Source: an uncultured archaeon
GTDB taxonomy: Archaea; Iainarchaeota; Iainarchaeia; Iainarchaeales; JAAZKV01
Assembly: GCA_964538165.1 (NCBI GenBank)
Contig: CAZIEL010000002.1
Location: 1 to 33,213 of the forward strand
DNA: 33,213 bases
Direction of reading: 5' to 3'
In this document: piece by piece, positions 9,071 through 18,164 of the stretch
How the letters are laid out: every line of letters begins with the position of its first letter
Position numbering within the stretch: the first letter of the stretch is position 1
Notes under the pieces: model-generated
What the model was told of the DNA's origin: nothing
Seen by the model: the letters and a program-made list of their open reading frames with translations, nothing else
The model's database searches: none
Made by a program: the position numbers and the translations under genes

Positions 9071-9109
9071 TTGCGATTATATTTAATTTCAAAAAAAGAG
9101 TGGATATGT

Positions 9110-9691
9110 ATGGTTGAAAGTATAATAAAAACATTAAAATTTCCTGAAAAAATAATTGCAAAACTAGATGTTGACAAGTTAACACTTACTGGGCCAAAAG
9201 GATCAGTTACAAAACAATTCAAAACATACAGAGTAAAACTAACTCAAGAAGGAAACAAAATAATTGTTGAAGGAATTGTAGACAACAAACAAACCGATAT
9301 TTTGGTTGAAACAATTGTTTCTCACATAAAAAATATGGCTGAAGGAGTAATGTACGGTTACAAAATTGAATTAAAAATAGTTTACTCACACTTTCCAATG
9401 AGTTTACAAATTGAAAAAGGAACTGTAAACATAAAGAACTTTTTAGGGGAAAAATTTCCTCGAAAAGCAAAGATACTTGGTGCAACAAAGGTAGAATCTA
9501 AAGGACAAGATGTAACAATTACAGGGGTAAGTAAAGAAGAAGTTGGACAAACAGCATCAAATCTTGAACTTACAACAAAAGTAAGGGGCAAAGACATAAG
9601 AAGATACCAGGATGGAATATATATTATAGCAAATAAAAACATGGAAGAAAATAAAGGAAAAATTGTTGAAGTAGTGCGAGGAAGAGAATAA
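9110..9691 (+). CDS. rpl6: 50S ribosomal protein uL6 (L6)
   Basis: LTLTGPKGSVTKQF...YGYKIELKIVYSHFPMSLQIE...NFLGEKFPRKA matches L6. The ORF opens at 9071; I chose ATG 9110 because the residues before it do not look L6-like. Confidence 0.9.
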   Translation: MVESIIKTLKFPEKIIAKLDVDKLTLTGPKGSVTKQFKTYRVKLTQEGNKIIVEGIVDNKQTDILVETIVSHIKNMAEGVMYGYKIELKIVYSHFPMSLQIEKGTVNIKNFLGEKFPRKAKILGATKVESKGQDVTITGVSKEEVGQTASNLELTTKVRGKDIRRYQDGIYIIANKNMEENKGKIVEVVRGRE

Positions 9692-9714
9692 ATATTAATT
9701 TTTTAGGTGGAATT

Positions 9715-10251
9715 ATGGCAGAAAAGAAAAAAGAAGTAAAAACAGAAAACAAGCCACAAGAAAATAAGGAAACTAAAGTTGAAACTAAAGCAGAAACTAA
9801 AGTTGAAACAAAAAACGTAACAAAAGTTGGAGCAAAAAAATATATTCCTTACGTGAAAAAAGAAAATAAGAAAAAAAGTGATGAAGCTTATAATCTTCAA
9901 AAAGTACTTCAAACAAAAAAGAAAGTGCCTACATTTAGGGGAAGATTTGGAAAGAAAAATATTCGAAGAAAATCAATAGAAAAATGGGACAAATGGAGAA
10001 AACCACACGGAATTGATCTTGATAAAGGACTTAATCATGGAAGAGAGCCAAGAATTGGTTTTAGAAGAGAAAAAATAACAAGACACGTGCACCCTTCCGG
10101 ATACAAAGAAATTTTAGTTTGTAATATGAATGATCTTGAAAAAGTGGAAGTAAAAACACACGCAGCAAGAATAAGCAGAACAATTGGAAAAAAGAAAAGA
10201 AATGAAATAGTAAAAAAAGCGAATGAAAAAGGAATTTGGATATTAAATTAA
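9715..10251 (+). CDS. rpl32e: 50S ribosomal protein eL32 (L32e) with repeat-containing N-terminal extension
   Basis: The core KWDKWRKPHGIDLDKGLNHGREPRIGFRREKITRHVHPSGYKEILVCN matches L32e. The ~60-aa N-terminal K/E/T-rich extension contains (ETKx)x4. Confidence 0.9.
   Translation: MAEKKKEVKTENKPQENKETKVETKAETKVETKNVTKVGAKKYIPYVKKENKKKSDEAYNLQKVLQTKKKVPTFRGRFGKKNIRRKSIEKWDKWRKPHGIDLDKGLNHGREPRIGFRREKITRHVHPSGYKEILVCNMNDLEKVEVKTHAARISRTIGKKKRNEIVKKANEKGIWILN
9769..9816 (+). repeat. 12-nt tandem repeat x4 inside the L32e N-terminal extension
   Basis: The copies are gaaactaaagtt / gaaactaaagca / gaaactaaagtt / gaaacaaaaaac, encoding ETKV-ETKA-ETKV-ETKN. Confidence 0.9.
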
Positions 10252-10276
10252 TTGTGGAGAAAATGTTGGTGAGCTT

Positions 10277-10723
10277 ATGGATCCAAGAAAAGCAAAAGAA
10301 CTTGCAGCAACAATACTAAAAGTGGGCGAAGGAAGAATATACCTTGATCCAGCTAACTTAGCAAAAATAGCAGATGCTATGACAAAAGATGATATTAGGT
10401 CTTTAATTGCTGAAAGAGTGATTAAAAAAAGATCCTCAATACAACAAAGCAAAGGAAGAGCAAGAGAAAATAAATTAATGAAAGACAAGGGAAGACGAAG
10501 AGGAAAAGGAAGAAAGTTAGGAACAAAGAAAGTAAGAACTGAACAAAGAAAAAGATGGATTAATGCAGTTAGAACACAAAGAAAAACATTAAGAGAACTA
10601 AAAGAAAAGAATCCTGAAGCAGTAAAAGAATTAAATTACTCAAGCCTTTATAAAAAAATTAAAGGAAATTTTTTCAGGGGAAAGAGACACTTAGTTGAAC
10701 ACGTTGAGGGGGCGAAAAAGTAA
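10277..10723 (+). CDS. rpl19e: 50S ribosomal protein eL19 (L19e)
   Basis: LAATILKVGEGRIYLDPANLAKIADAMTKDDIRSLI...RRRGKGRKLGTKKVR matches L19e. GGTGA lies upstream of the ATG. Confidence 0.92.
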   Translation: MDPRKAKELAATILKVGEGRIYLDPANLAKIADAMTKDDIRSLIAERVIKKRSSIQQSKGRARENKLMKDKGRRRGKGRKLGTKKVRTEQRKRWINAVRTQRKTLRELKEKNPEAVKELNYSSLYKKIKGNFFRGKRHLVEHVEGAKK

Positions 10724-11290
10724 ATGGCTCACAAATCCACATTTGAAACAAAATTTCGAAGAAGAAGAGAAGGAAAGACTGACTACGCAAAAAGACTTGC
10801 ACTTGTTAAATCAAGAAGACTTAGAATTGTAGTAAGAAAAACAAACAAAAGAATTGTTGTTCATGCAGTACAATATGATTTGAAAGGAGATATAACAAAA
10901 GCAATGGTTGATTCACAACAACTAAACAAATTTGGTTGGTATGGGACAAACAATACTCCGTCAGCATATTTAGCAGGATTTTTACTTGGAAAAAAACTAG
11001 GCAAACAAAAAGGAGTACTTGATATTGGAAGAAGAAATCCCTCTCATGGAAGTGTAATATTTGCAACTCTAAAAGGAGTAGCTGATGGCGGAATTGAAAT
11101 ACCGTTTGATGCGGACGCAATACCAAGTGAGGATAGAATAAACGGAAAAGCATTAGATGAATATGCTAAAAAACTGGGAGATAAATCAAAAATAGTATTT
11201 TCAAATTACATTAAACAAGGAATAACTCCTGGAGAATTTAATAAAGCATTTGAAAAAGCTAAAGCAGAAATCGCGAAGGTGAAAGAATGA
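10724..11290 (+). CDS. rpl18: 50S ribosomal protein uL18 (L18)
   Basis: FRRRREGKTDYAKRLALVKS...RIVVRKTNKRIVV matches L18. Its ATG directly abuts the L19e stop. Confidence 0.92.
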   Translation: MAHKSTFETKFRRRREGKTDYAKRLALVKSRRLRIVVRKTNKRIVVHAVQYDLKGDITKAMVDSQQLNKFGWYGTNNTPSAYLAGFLLGKKLGKQKGVLDIGRRNPSHGSVIFATLKGVADGGIEIPFDADAIPSEDRINGKALDEYAKKLGDKSKIVFSNYIKQGITPGEFNKAFEKAKAEIAKVKE

Positions 11291-12039
11291 ATAGACGCGG
11301 AACCGAAGAAAAAGGAAAGAAGACACGAAGAAAAGATAGAGCTGAAGAAACTGAAATTGAAAGAATTGAAAGAGAAATCAATGAAAGACAATTAGCACTT
11401 AATAATTGGGTTCCAAGAACTGAGCTTGGAAAAATGGTAAAAGCAGGAAAGTTTACTAGTCTTGATGAAGTTTATGAACAAGGATTTAGAGTACTTGAAC
11501 CCGAAATAATTGATTCATTATTAAGACTTGAAGAACACTTAATTCAAGTTGCAAGAACTACAAGAGTTACTAGAGCTGGAAGAAAATACTCTTATAGAGC
11601 TGAAGTATTACTTGGAAACAAGAATGGGTATGTGGGGGTAGGAACTGGAAAAGATGCAGATAGATTTCCTGCGATAAACAAAGCAAAAAGAATGGCAAAA
11701 TTAAATTTAGTTAGAGTTTATAGAGGAAATGGTAGTTGGGAAGAACAAGCTACTGATGATAAACACTCTATTCCATTCAAAGTAGAAGGAAGAAGTGGAA
11801 GTGTAAGAGTAATGCTTATGCCTGCACCAAAAGGAACTGGACTTGCAGTTGGAAAAGCAATAAAACCAGTTTTAGAATTAGCAGGGATAAAAAATGTTTG
11901 GGGAAGAACAAAAGGAAGATCAACAATTTGGTTAAACTTTGCTCAAGCAGCAATTGATGCATTAAGTCAAACAGGAAAAATGAAAGCATCAAAGGATATT
12001 GAAAGAAAAATATCAAAAGACTCAAGAACACAAATGTAG
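11287..12039 (+). CDS. rps5: 30S ribosomal protein uS5 (S5)
   Basis: VARTTRVTRAGRKYSYRAEVLLGNKNGYVGVGTGKDAD...VMLMPAPKGTGL matches S5. It overlaps L18 by 4 nt (ATGA). The N-terminal extension is R/K/E-rich. Confidence 0.92.
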   Translation: MNRRGTEEKGKKTRRKDRAEETEIERIEREINERQLALNNWVPRTELGKMVKAGKFTSLDEVYEQGFRVLEPEIIDSLLRLEEHLIQVARTTRVTRAGRKYSYRAEVLLGNKNGYVGVGTGKDADRFPAINKAKRMAKLNLVRVYRGNGSWEEQATDDKHSIPFKVEGRSGSVRVMLMPAPKGTGLAVGKAIKPVLELAGIKNVWGRTKGRSTIWLNFAQAAIDALSQTGKMKASKDIERKISKDSRTQM

Positions 12040-12068
12040 TTAGATTTGAATTTTAATGGTGTGAAAAT

Positions 12069-12491
12069 ATGTACGCAGTAATAAGACTAAGAGGAACAGT
12101 AAATTTGGCTCCAAAAGCAAGAAAAACTCTTGATTTACTTGGACTAAAGAGAATAAATAATCTTTCCTTACAAATGGAAAATGAACAATCACGAAAAATG
12201 ATAAAGAGTGTAGAAGACTTTGTAACTTACGGAAAAATAAATGAAGTAACACTAAAAGAATTAGTTGAGAAAAGAGCAAGAGCAATTAAAGGAAAAATTG
12301 ACTCAAAAAAAGTTTTGGCAGAATTAAAAGCAGGAAAAACAGTTAAAGAAGCAGGAGTAAGAAATCTTTTCACAATGAGTTCACCACAAGGCGGGTTTGA
12401 AAGAAAAGGAATAAAAGTTCCATACAAATTAGGCGGAGCTTTAGGAAACAGAAATGAAGAAATAAATGAATTAATTAAAAGGATGTTATAA
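12069..12491 (+). CDS. rpl30: 50S ribosomal protein uL30 (L30)
   Basis: MYAVIRLRGTVNLAPKARKTLDLLGLKRINN matches L30. GGTG lies upstream of the ATG. Confidence 0.9.
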   Translation: MYAVIRLRGTVNLAPKARKTLDLLGLKRINNLSLQMENEQSRKMIKSVEDFVTYGKINEVTLKELVEKRARAIKGKIDSKKVLAELKAGKTVKEAGVRNLFTMSSPQGGFERKGIKVPYKLGGALGNRNEEINELIKRML

Positions 12492-12517
12492 TTAAGTTTT
12501 GAACAAAGGTGAATACT

Positions 12518-13024
12518 ATGACTGCAGACCGAAAAAGAAGAAAAAAGAATAAGAAAAGAGGACAACGAACAATGGGTGCAGGAAATACTAAAAACAGAAG
12601 AGGTGCTGGAGGAAGAGGGGGAAGAGGAAAAGCTGGAACAAACAAACACAGATTCCACACAGCAGGAAGATTAAAACCAAGAAGATACAAACAAAAAATA
12701 ATGTCCAAAAAAGGAAAAGAAATTAATTTAACTGATTTGAATGCAAAACTTGATTTACTTGTAATAAATGGAAAAGTAAAGAAAGAAGGCGACAAATATA
12801 TAGTTGATAAATATTCTGGAATTGCAAAAGTACTTTCAGAAGGCGAAGTAACTAAAAAAATTATTTTAAGAGTTAATGCTTCAGAAAAAGCAATTGCAAA
12901 AATAATTAAAGCTGGCGGAAAATTTGAGTACGCAAAAAAAGATTATACTCCCGAAGAAGTAACATCCGAAGAAGATGAAGAATTAGAATTCGAAAGCGCA
13001 GAAGGCGAAGTAGAAGAAAAATAA
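12518..13024 (+). CDS. rpl15: 50S ribosomal protein uL15 (L15) with acidic C-terminal tail
   Basis: The Gly/Arg-rich N-terminus (RGAGGRGGRGKAGTNKHR) matches L15. GGTGA at 12508-12512 precedes ATG 12518; the ORF opens at GTG 12509. The tail is EEVTSEEDEELEFESAEGEVEEK. Confidence 0.9.
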   Translation: MTADRKRRKKNKKRGQRTMGAGNTKNRRGAGGRGGRGKAGTNKHRFHTAGRLKPRRYKQKIMSKKGKEINLTDLNAKLDLLVINGKVKKEGDKYIVDKYSGIAKVLSEGEVTKKIILRVNASEKAIAKIIKAGGKFEYAKKDYTPEEVTSEEDEELEFESAEGEVEEK

Positions 13025-13055
13025 TTTTTTTAAAGCCCTACATCGAGGGGGGCTT
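13025..13055 (+). terminator. T7 tract plus GC-rich hairpin just after the L15 stop
   Basis: T7 lies at 13025-13031. AAGCCC (13033-13038) pairs with GGGCTT (13050-13055). Oligo-T tracts are the usual archaeal termination signal. Confidence 0.35.
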
Positions 13056-13101
13056 GAGCAAAGCGGAAAAAGTATTTTAGAAAAAATCAATGGATAAGTA
13101 A

Positions 13102-13109
13102 TATAAATA
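13102..13109 (+). promoter_or_regulatory. Candidate TATA box (TATAAATA) for secY
   Basis: TATAAATA lies ~50 nt upstream of the secY start. The same octamer precedes the pilin-like gene at 32843. Confidence 0.4.
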
Positions 13110-13156
13110 CCATTTAGTTAATTTTAATAGAACAAAAATAAAAAAGGAAAAAGAAG

Positions 13157-14545
13157 GTGAAGTTGTTGGGGGCAGTAATTGATTTTTTAGTAGGATTATC
13201 CCAATACTTACCTGAGATTAAAAAGCCAGAAAAAGAAGTTCCTTTCAAAGAAAAAATGCTTTGGACTGTTTTTGCACTAATTATATTCTTTATTCTAGCA
13301 AACGTTGGATTATTTGGGCTAAATACAATGTCTGATAGCGTTCAACAAATAAAATTTGCCCAAACCCTAATGGCAAGCGAAGTTGGAACACTAATTACAG
13401 CCGGAATTGGTCCAATAGTAATGGCATCAATATTTTTACAATTGTTTTTAGGAGCACAATTAATTAAACTTGATATTGGTTCTCCTGAAGGAAGATCAAA
13501 ATTTCAACAACTACAAAAAATACTTGCAGTAGTGCTATGTTTTGTAGAAGGGTTTATTTACGTAGGATCAGGATTACTTGCACCAATTGGTGGGGCCGCA
13601 CTAACAAACCCAATGACTTGGATAATAACCCTTCAAATAGCTGCAGGATCATTAATTTTACTATACTTAGATGAACTAGTTTCAAAATACGGAATTGGAT
13701 CGGGAGTAAGTTTATTCATTGCAGCAGGAGTTGCAGGCGGATTATTTTGGCAAACATTCTTGCCCCCAATACAATCAGAATTACAACCAGTTCTAGCAAA
13801 TGGAGGATTATTTTGGAGAACACTCTCAACTGGAGATGCAACACTTTTACTTCCATTAGTTGGGGTTGCAGTAATCTTTTTAGTAGTTGTATTCGCAGAA
13901 GGAATGCACGTAAATATCCCCATAACAATGGGGTACAAAGGAACAGGCGGACGTTACCCTGTAAAATTCTTGTATGTTAGTAACATGCCAGTAATACTTG
14001 CAATGGCTCTATTCATGAACATACGATTATGGGCACTATTTGTTGACAAAGTACCAATAATGGGGGACATAATGCGAGCAATAGCGTGGGCAGTCACAAT
14101 ACCAAGCATTGGTGGAATGAGTTTATTTCATGGAATAATAATCCAAGGATTAACACAAACTACTATGATGGCAATAGTGCAAGCAGCAATATTTTTGTTT
14201 ATATTAGTGATAGCCTGTGTGGTATTTGGATGGTTTTGGGTACAAATGGGCAATCAAAGCACAGAAGCAGTTGCTGCTCAATTAGAAAGAGCAGGAATGC
14301 AAATACCTGGATTTAGAAGAGACAAAAGAGTAATTGAAAAAGTACTTGAAAGATATATTCCTCCAATAACAATACTCGGATCAATATTTGTTGCATTACT
14401 TGCAGGAGTAGGAGATTTTGTACTAGCAGGACTAACAAGCGGAACAGGAATATTACTAACTGTTGGAATAATATATAGATTTTACGAAGAAATAGCAAAA
14501 ACACAACAAGAAACACTTGCAAAATATTTAGGAAAAATAGCATAA
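13157..14545 (+). CDS. secY: Preprotein translocase subunit SecY
   Basis: This is a 10-TM-type hydrophobic protein. The N-terminal LPEIKKPEKEVPFKEKMLWT motif is typical of archaeal SecY, and the gene sits in the canonical slot after L15. The start is uncertain: GTG 13157, or in-frame TTG 13163/13166 downstream of GGTGA. Confidence 0.93.
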   Translation: MKLLGAVIDFLVGLSQYLPEIKKPEKEVPFKEKMLWTVFALIIFFILANVGLFGLNTMSDSVQQIKFAQTLMASEVGTLITAGIGPIVMASIFLQLFLGAQLIKLDIGSPEGRSKFQQLQKILAVVLCFVEGFIYVGSGLLAPIGGAALTNPMTWIITLQIAAGSLILLYLDELVSKYGIGSGVSLFIAAGVAGGLFWQTFLPPIQSELQPVLANGGLFWRTLSTGDATLLLPLVGVAVIFLVVVFAEGMHVNIPITMGYKGTGGRYPVKFLYVSNMPVILAMALFMNIRLWALFVDKVPIMGDIMRAIAWAVTIPSIGGMSLFHGIIIQGLTQTTMMAIVQAAIFLFILVIACVVFGWFWVQMGNQSTEAVAAQLERAGMQIPGFRRDKRVIEKVLERYIPPITILGSIFVALLAGVGDFVLAGLTSGTGILLTVGIIYRFYEEIAKTQQETLAKYLGKIA

Positions 14546-14654
14546 AAAAAATGAGAAAAATAAAGGGAGAATTTATGGGATCTTTTTAAAGGTGTTTTAA
14601 GAACCTTTTAAAATGTTCTCTTTAAGAAAATTGTTATACTTGGTGAGCGTGTAG

Positions 14655-15170
14655 GTGCAATACTTAGAACCCGCATTTGTAATACTGTTAATCACAGTAG
14701 GTCTTGCGATAGTAACAAAAGTATTGCAACGAAAATTAGTGGATCAAAAAAAGATGCGCGAATTCCAAAAAAAGATAAAAGAGGATCAAAAAAAATTTAA
14801 TGAATTGTTAAAGGAGGTAGAGAAAAACAAAAAAGAAATCGAAGAAATGCAATCACAAATAATGCATCAACAAATGGAAATGATGAACTCTAACATGAAG
14901 TTGAGTTTGTTCACGATGCCAGCATTTTTGATAGCGTTTTGGTTTCTAAGCTCCATGTACACCGGACAAACACTGACTTCATTTGTTGTATTACCAACAT
15001 TTAACGGATTCAGTATTTTAAATCCATTTAGCTGGGTTCCAATTGGACTGAGTGTATCAACAGGGTTTTACAAAATGTTTTTCTTTTACTATTTCATTTC
15101 AGCAATTGTTGTTGGAAGAATTGAATGGGCATATGACAAATATGTAAAAAAAATTGATATGAACAAATGA
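14655..15170 (+). CDS. DUF106 / EMC3-TMCO1-like membrane protein (archaeal YidC/Oxa1-like candidate)
   Basis: The architecture is TM1 (AFVILLITVGLAIV), a K/E/Q-rich coiled-coil segment, then two more TM segments. It occupies the slot of the DUF106 gene that follows secY(-adk) in other archaea. The GTG start is the first possible after an in-frame TAG. Confidence 0.6.
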   Translation: MQYLEPAFVILLITVGLAIVTKVLQRKLVDQKKMREFQKKIKEDQKKFNELLKEVEKNKKEIEEMQSQIMHQQMEMMNSNMKLSLFTMPAFLIAFWFLSSMYTGQTLTSFVVLPTFNGFSILNPFSWVPIGLSVSTGFYKMFFFYYFISAIVVGRIEWAYDKYVKKIDMNK

Positions 15171-15187
15171 TTTTTAAGTGATACAAA

Positions 15188-15529
15188 ATGGTTGCACCCG
15201 GAAAAAGAATAATGAAATACAAACACAAGAAAACTAAATCAGGAACAAAAAGAGAATATTTTGATAAGAACCACAAAAAACAAAAATGTGCAATAACTGG
15301 AAAAACACTTTCTGGTGTTCCATATGGCAGACAATGCGAGAGAGCAAAACACAGCAAAACTGAAAAAAGACCAAGTGCTCCATTTGGAGGAGTGCTTTCA
15401 GGTGAAGCAAGAGCAGAAGTATTCACTGAACTAGGCAAAGTAGTTGCAGGTGTAAAAAAAATTGATGATGTTGACTCAAAATATAGAGGCTATGTAAAAC
15501 AAGCAATGAAAAGAGCAGACATTGAATGA
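15188..15529 (+). CDS. rpl34e: 50S ribosomal protein eL34 (L34e)
   Basis: HKKTKSGTKREYFDKNHKKQKCAITGKTLSGVP...RPSAPFGGVLS matches L34e, and the synteny fits. Confidence 0.88.
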   Translation: MVAPGKRIMKYKHKKTKSGTKREYFDKNHKKQKCAITGKTLSGVPYGRQCERAKHSKTEKRPSAPFGGVLSGEARAEVFTELGKVVAGVKKIDDVDSKYRGYVKQAMKRADIE

Positions 15530-15540
15530 AGATGGTGTTT

Positions 15541-15765
15541 ATGGAAATAGGACAAGTTTGTATAAAAACAAGAGGAAGAGAAGCAGGGAGAATGGTAGTT
15601 GTACTAAGTAAAGTAAAAGCAGGAAAAGTATTAGTTGACGGATCAAAAGCAAAAAGAAAACAATGCAATGTTTTACATTTATTTCCAATAAATGAAATAG
15701 TTAAAGTAAAAGAAGAAGAATCTCATGAAGGAGTAGTAAAAGCATTAAAAGCAATGAGAAAATAA
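15541..15765 (+). CDS. rpl14e: 50S ribosomal protein eL14 (L14e), KOW-like
   Basis: MEIGQVCIKTRGREAGRMVVVL resembles the L14e N-terminus. The ORF opens at ATG 15526, overlapping the L34e stop; ATG 15541 is preceded by GGTG. Confidence 0.8.
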   Translation: MEIGQVCIKTRGREAGRMVVVLSKVKAGKVLVDGSKAKRKQCNVLHLFPINEIVKVKEEESHEGVVKALKAMRK

Positions 15766-15801
15766 AATTTTTAAGGAAAATGATTTTTGAGAGTTGATGA
15801 A

Positions 15802-16311
15802 ATGGCTGGATTTAATTATATCGTACGTGTAATAGGAAAAGATTTGGATGGCACAAAAAGTGTTGAACAAGGAATACAAGGAATCAAAGGAATTGGACAA
15901 AGAATGGGCGGACTAATTGCACAAGAATTCAGAAAAGAAACAAAAGTTGTGGCTTCAAGAAGACTTGGAGAACTTACTCCTGAAGAGATAAAGAAATTGG
16001 AAGAAGTAATACTTGCACCAGAAAAACACAAGTTGCCTGCTTGGACTTTAAACAGACAAAAAGATTTTGAAACTGGAATAAATAAACAATTAACAATGAA
16101 TGATTTAGCATTTACTTTGAGAAATGATTTAACAAGAATGGCAGAAATAAAATCTTACAAAGGTCTAAGACACATGTGGGGATTACCTGTTAGAGGACAA
16201 AAAACAAAGTCAAGACACAGAGGAAAGGGCGGAATTGTTGGAGTTGCTAAAAAAGATGTTGGCAAACCTGCTACAGCTGGAAAACCAGCACCAAAGTCTG
16301 ACAAAAAGTAA
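15802..16311 (+). CDS. rps13: 30S ribosomal protein uS13 (S13)
   Basis: YIVRVIGKDLDGTK...IKGIGQRMG...KSYKGLRHMWGLPVRGQKTKS matches S13. The ORF opens at TTG 15787. Confidence 0.93.
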   Translation: MAGFNYIVRVIGKDLDGTKSVEQGIQGIKGIGQRMGGLIAQEFRKETKVVASRRLGELTPEEIKKLEEVILAPEKHKLPAWTLNRQKDFETGINKQLTMNDLAFTLRNDLTRMAEIKSYKGLRHMWGLPVRGQKTKSRHRGKGGIVGVAKKDVGKPATAGKPAPKSDKK

Positions 16312-16342
16312 TATTTATTGAAAAATGTGATGAGTGAGAAAA

Positions 16343-16954
16343 ATGGGAGATCCAAAAAAGAAAAGAAAACAATTCGATAGACCTAGAAAGTCGTTCCAAA
16401 AAGAAAGAATAGAAAAGGAAAGAGAAACAAAGAAGTTCTACGGGCTAAAGAATAAAAAAGAATTATTTAGAGCTGAAACAATAGTTAGAACAAAGAGAGC
16501 AACAGCAAGAAAATTACTTGCGCTTGGACTTGAAAATAGAATAAAAAGAGAAAAAGAATTGCTTGATTCATTGAAGAAAATGGGAATTTTACGAGCAAGT
16601 CCATCTCTTGATGATGTTTTAGTACTAACTCCTGAAGCATTACTTGAAAGAAGATTACAAACAATGGTTTGGAGAAAAGGATTATCAAATTCACCAAAAC
16701 AAGCACGACAATTTATTGTACATGGACACATAGCAATTAATGGAAAAAAAGTTGATAAGCCAAGTTATATTGTGCAAGCAATTGAAGAAGATAAGATTAC
16801 TTGGTATGGTCCTGAAATAATGTTTGAGCAAAAAAAACAACATAATAAAAAAGCGGTAAAAGGAAAAGAAGAAGAAAAAGAAAATGAATTAAAGAAAGAA
16901 TTTGAAGAAGCAAAACCAACAGAAGAAGCAAAAGAAGGAGAAGAAACTAAATAA
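16343..16954 (+). CDS. rps4: 30S ribosomal protein uS4 (S4)
   Basis: [16 protein letters not shown]...[13 protein letters not shown]...[22 protein letters not shown] matches S4. There is a K/E-rich C-terminal tail. The ORF opens at GTG 16334. Confidence 0.93.
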   Translation: MGDPKKKRKQFDRPRKSFQKERIEKERETKKFYGLKNKKELFRAETIVRTKRATARKLLALGLENRIKREKELLDSLKKMGILRASPSLDDVLVLTPEALLERRLQTMVWRKGLSNSPKQARQFIVHGHIAINGKKVDKPSYIVQAIEEDKITWYGPEIMFEQKKQHNKKAVKGKEEEKENELKKEFEEAKPTEEAKEGEETK

Positions 16955-16971
16955 AGTTAACGGTGATTAAA

Positions 16972-17361
16972 ATGGCAGAAACAAGAGGAATCGTACACGT
17001 ACTTGCAACTCACAATAATACTATGTTGTTGCTCACAGATTTAACTGGCGCAGAGACAATAGCAAAAGCTACTGGCGGAATGGAAATAAAAGCACAACAC
17101 AAAGAAGGATCTCCTTATGTTGCAATGAAATTAGCTGAAAATATTGCTAATGCTGCAAGAGAAAAAGGAATAAGAGAAGTTTATGTTAAAGTAAGAGGAA
17201 GAGGCGGAAACAAAGCACCTTCACCAGGTACGGGGGCAGAAGCTGCAATTAGATCAATTACAAGAAATGGATTAAGGATACTTTCAATTGAAAATGTTAC
17301 TCCACAACCACATGATGGATGCAGAAAACAAAAGAAATTTAGAGGAAAAGCAGAAAAGTAA
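16972..17361 (+). CDS. rps11: 30S ribosomal protein uS11 (S11)
   Basis: GIVHVLATHNNTMLLLTDLTGAETIAKATGG...VRGRGGNKAPSPGTGAEAAIR matches S11. GGTGA precedes ATG 16972. Confidence 0.93.
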   Translation: MAETRGIVHVLATHNNTMLLLTDLTGAETIAKATGGMEIKAQHKEGSPYVAMKLAENIANAAREKGIREVYVKVRGRGGNKAPSPGTGAEAAIRSITRNGLRILSIENVTPQPHDGCRKQKKFRGKAEK

Positions 17362-17373
17362 AATAAATTAGGG

Positions 17374-18129
17374 ATGAAAATTATGGATATCAAAAAAGTG
17401 TACGAAAAAGGAAGTATTACAAAATATTTGATTAAAGGAACAAACTATACTTTTGTAAACACTTTAAGAAGAACAATGATGACTACGGTTCCTTGTCTTG
17501 CAATAGATTCAGTACTCATTTACGAAAATGATTCAGTTGTGTTTGATGAAATGTTAGCAAATAGACTTGGATTATTGCCAATTAAAACTGATGTTAAGAC
17601 ATACAAAAAAGGAGATACAGTGAAATTAGTTTTAGAAAAAACTGGGCCTTGCGTTGTAACAAGCAAAGATATTAAATGCACTGATCCAAAAATAGAAATT
17701 ACTGACAAAAAGATTATTATTACAAAACTAGGAAAAGATCAAAATCTAAAGTTAGAAATGACTGCAGTTATGAGTATTGGCGAAGAACACGCAAGATATC
17801 AACCTGCAATAGTTTCATACAATGAAGTAATGGAAATAAATAATGACAAAGGTTATGATACTAAAGAAATATTGGCTGAAATGCCAAAAGGAAGTATTGA
17901 AGTAAAGGCAGGAAAATTATTTTTTACTGATCCATATAATTCAGAATTACAAAACCAACACTTGGACATATTGAAAAAGTTTGGAGTAAAAGTTGATTTT
18001 AATTCAACAGAATTTATATTTACCATCGAAACAACAGGTCAATTGACTACAAAAGAATTGTTTGATTCAGCAGTTGAACAAATAGTAGCAAAACTTGATG
18101 AATTAGATAAACAAGTAAAAAAGTTGTAA
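17374..18129 (+). CDS. rpoD: DNA-directed RNA polymerase subunit D (Rpo3)
   Basis: FVNTLRRTMMTTVPCLAIDSVLIYENDSVVFDEMLANRLGLLPI matches RpoD, in the slot after S13-S4-S11. It has only 3 Cys, so there is no 4Fe-4S cluster motif. An alternative ATG lies at 17383. Confidence 0.88.
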   Translation: MKIMDIKKVYEKGSITKYLIKGTNYTFVNTLRRTMMTTVPCLAIDSVLIYENDSVVFDEMLANRLGLLPIKTDVKTYKKGDTVKLVLEKTGPCVVTSKDIKCTDPKIEITDKKIIITKLGKDQNLKLEMTAVMSIGEEHARYQPAIVSYNEVMEINNDKGYDTKEILAEMPKGSIEVKAGKLFFTDPYNSELQNQHLDILKKFGVKVDFNSTEFIFTIETTGQLTTKELFDSAVEQIVAKLDELDKQVKKL

Positions 18130-18130
18130 C

Positions 18131-18149
18131 TTTCTCACAAAGTGAGAAA
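18131..18149 (+). other. Perfect 8-bp hairpin immediately after the rpoD stop
   Basis: TTTCTCAC (18131-18138) pairs with GTGAGAAA (18142-18149) around an AAA loop. It lies 15 nt upstream of the tRNA-Leu 5' end. Confidence 0.5.
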
Positions 18150-18164
18150 AATGCAAAAAGACCT

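Noticed and set aside
13747-14316. Plus-strand alternative-frame ORFs inside secY (13747-13980 and 14086-14316), and minus-strand ORFs at 13633-13938 and 14313-14543.
   Set aside because: They are fully nested in the secY reading frame, which has a continuous and characteristic TM pattern. The alternative-frame products look like random sequence.
14551-14589. A 12-codon micro-ORF (MRKIKGEFMGSF) in the secY-DUF106 spacer. Also a 24-codon ORF starting at 23576 that overlaps the gltX stop.
   Set aside because: There is no SD and no conservation argument. Such short ORFs are expected by chance in AT-rich spacers.
17374-18129. RpoD has only three cysteines, and therefore no 4Fe-4S cluster domain.
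   Set aside because: Cluster-less D subunits are already known in several archaeal lineages. I noted it in the feature evidence, but it is not a novel observation.
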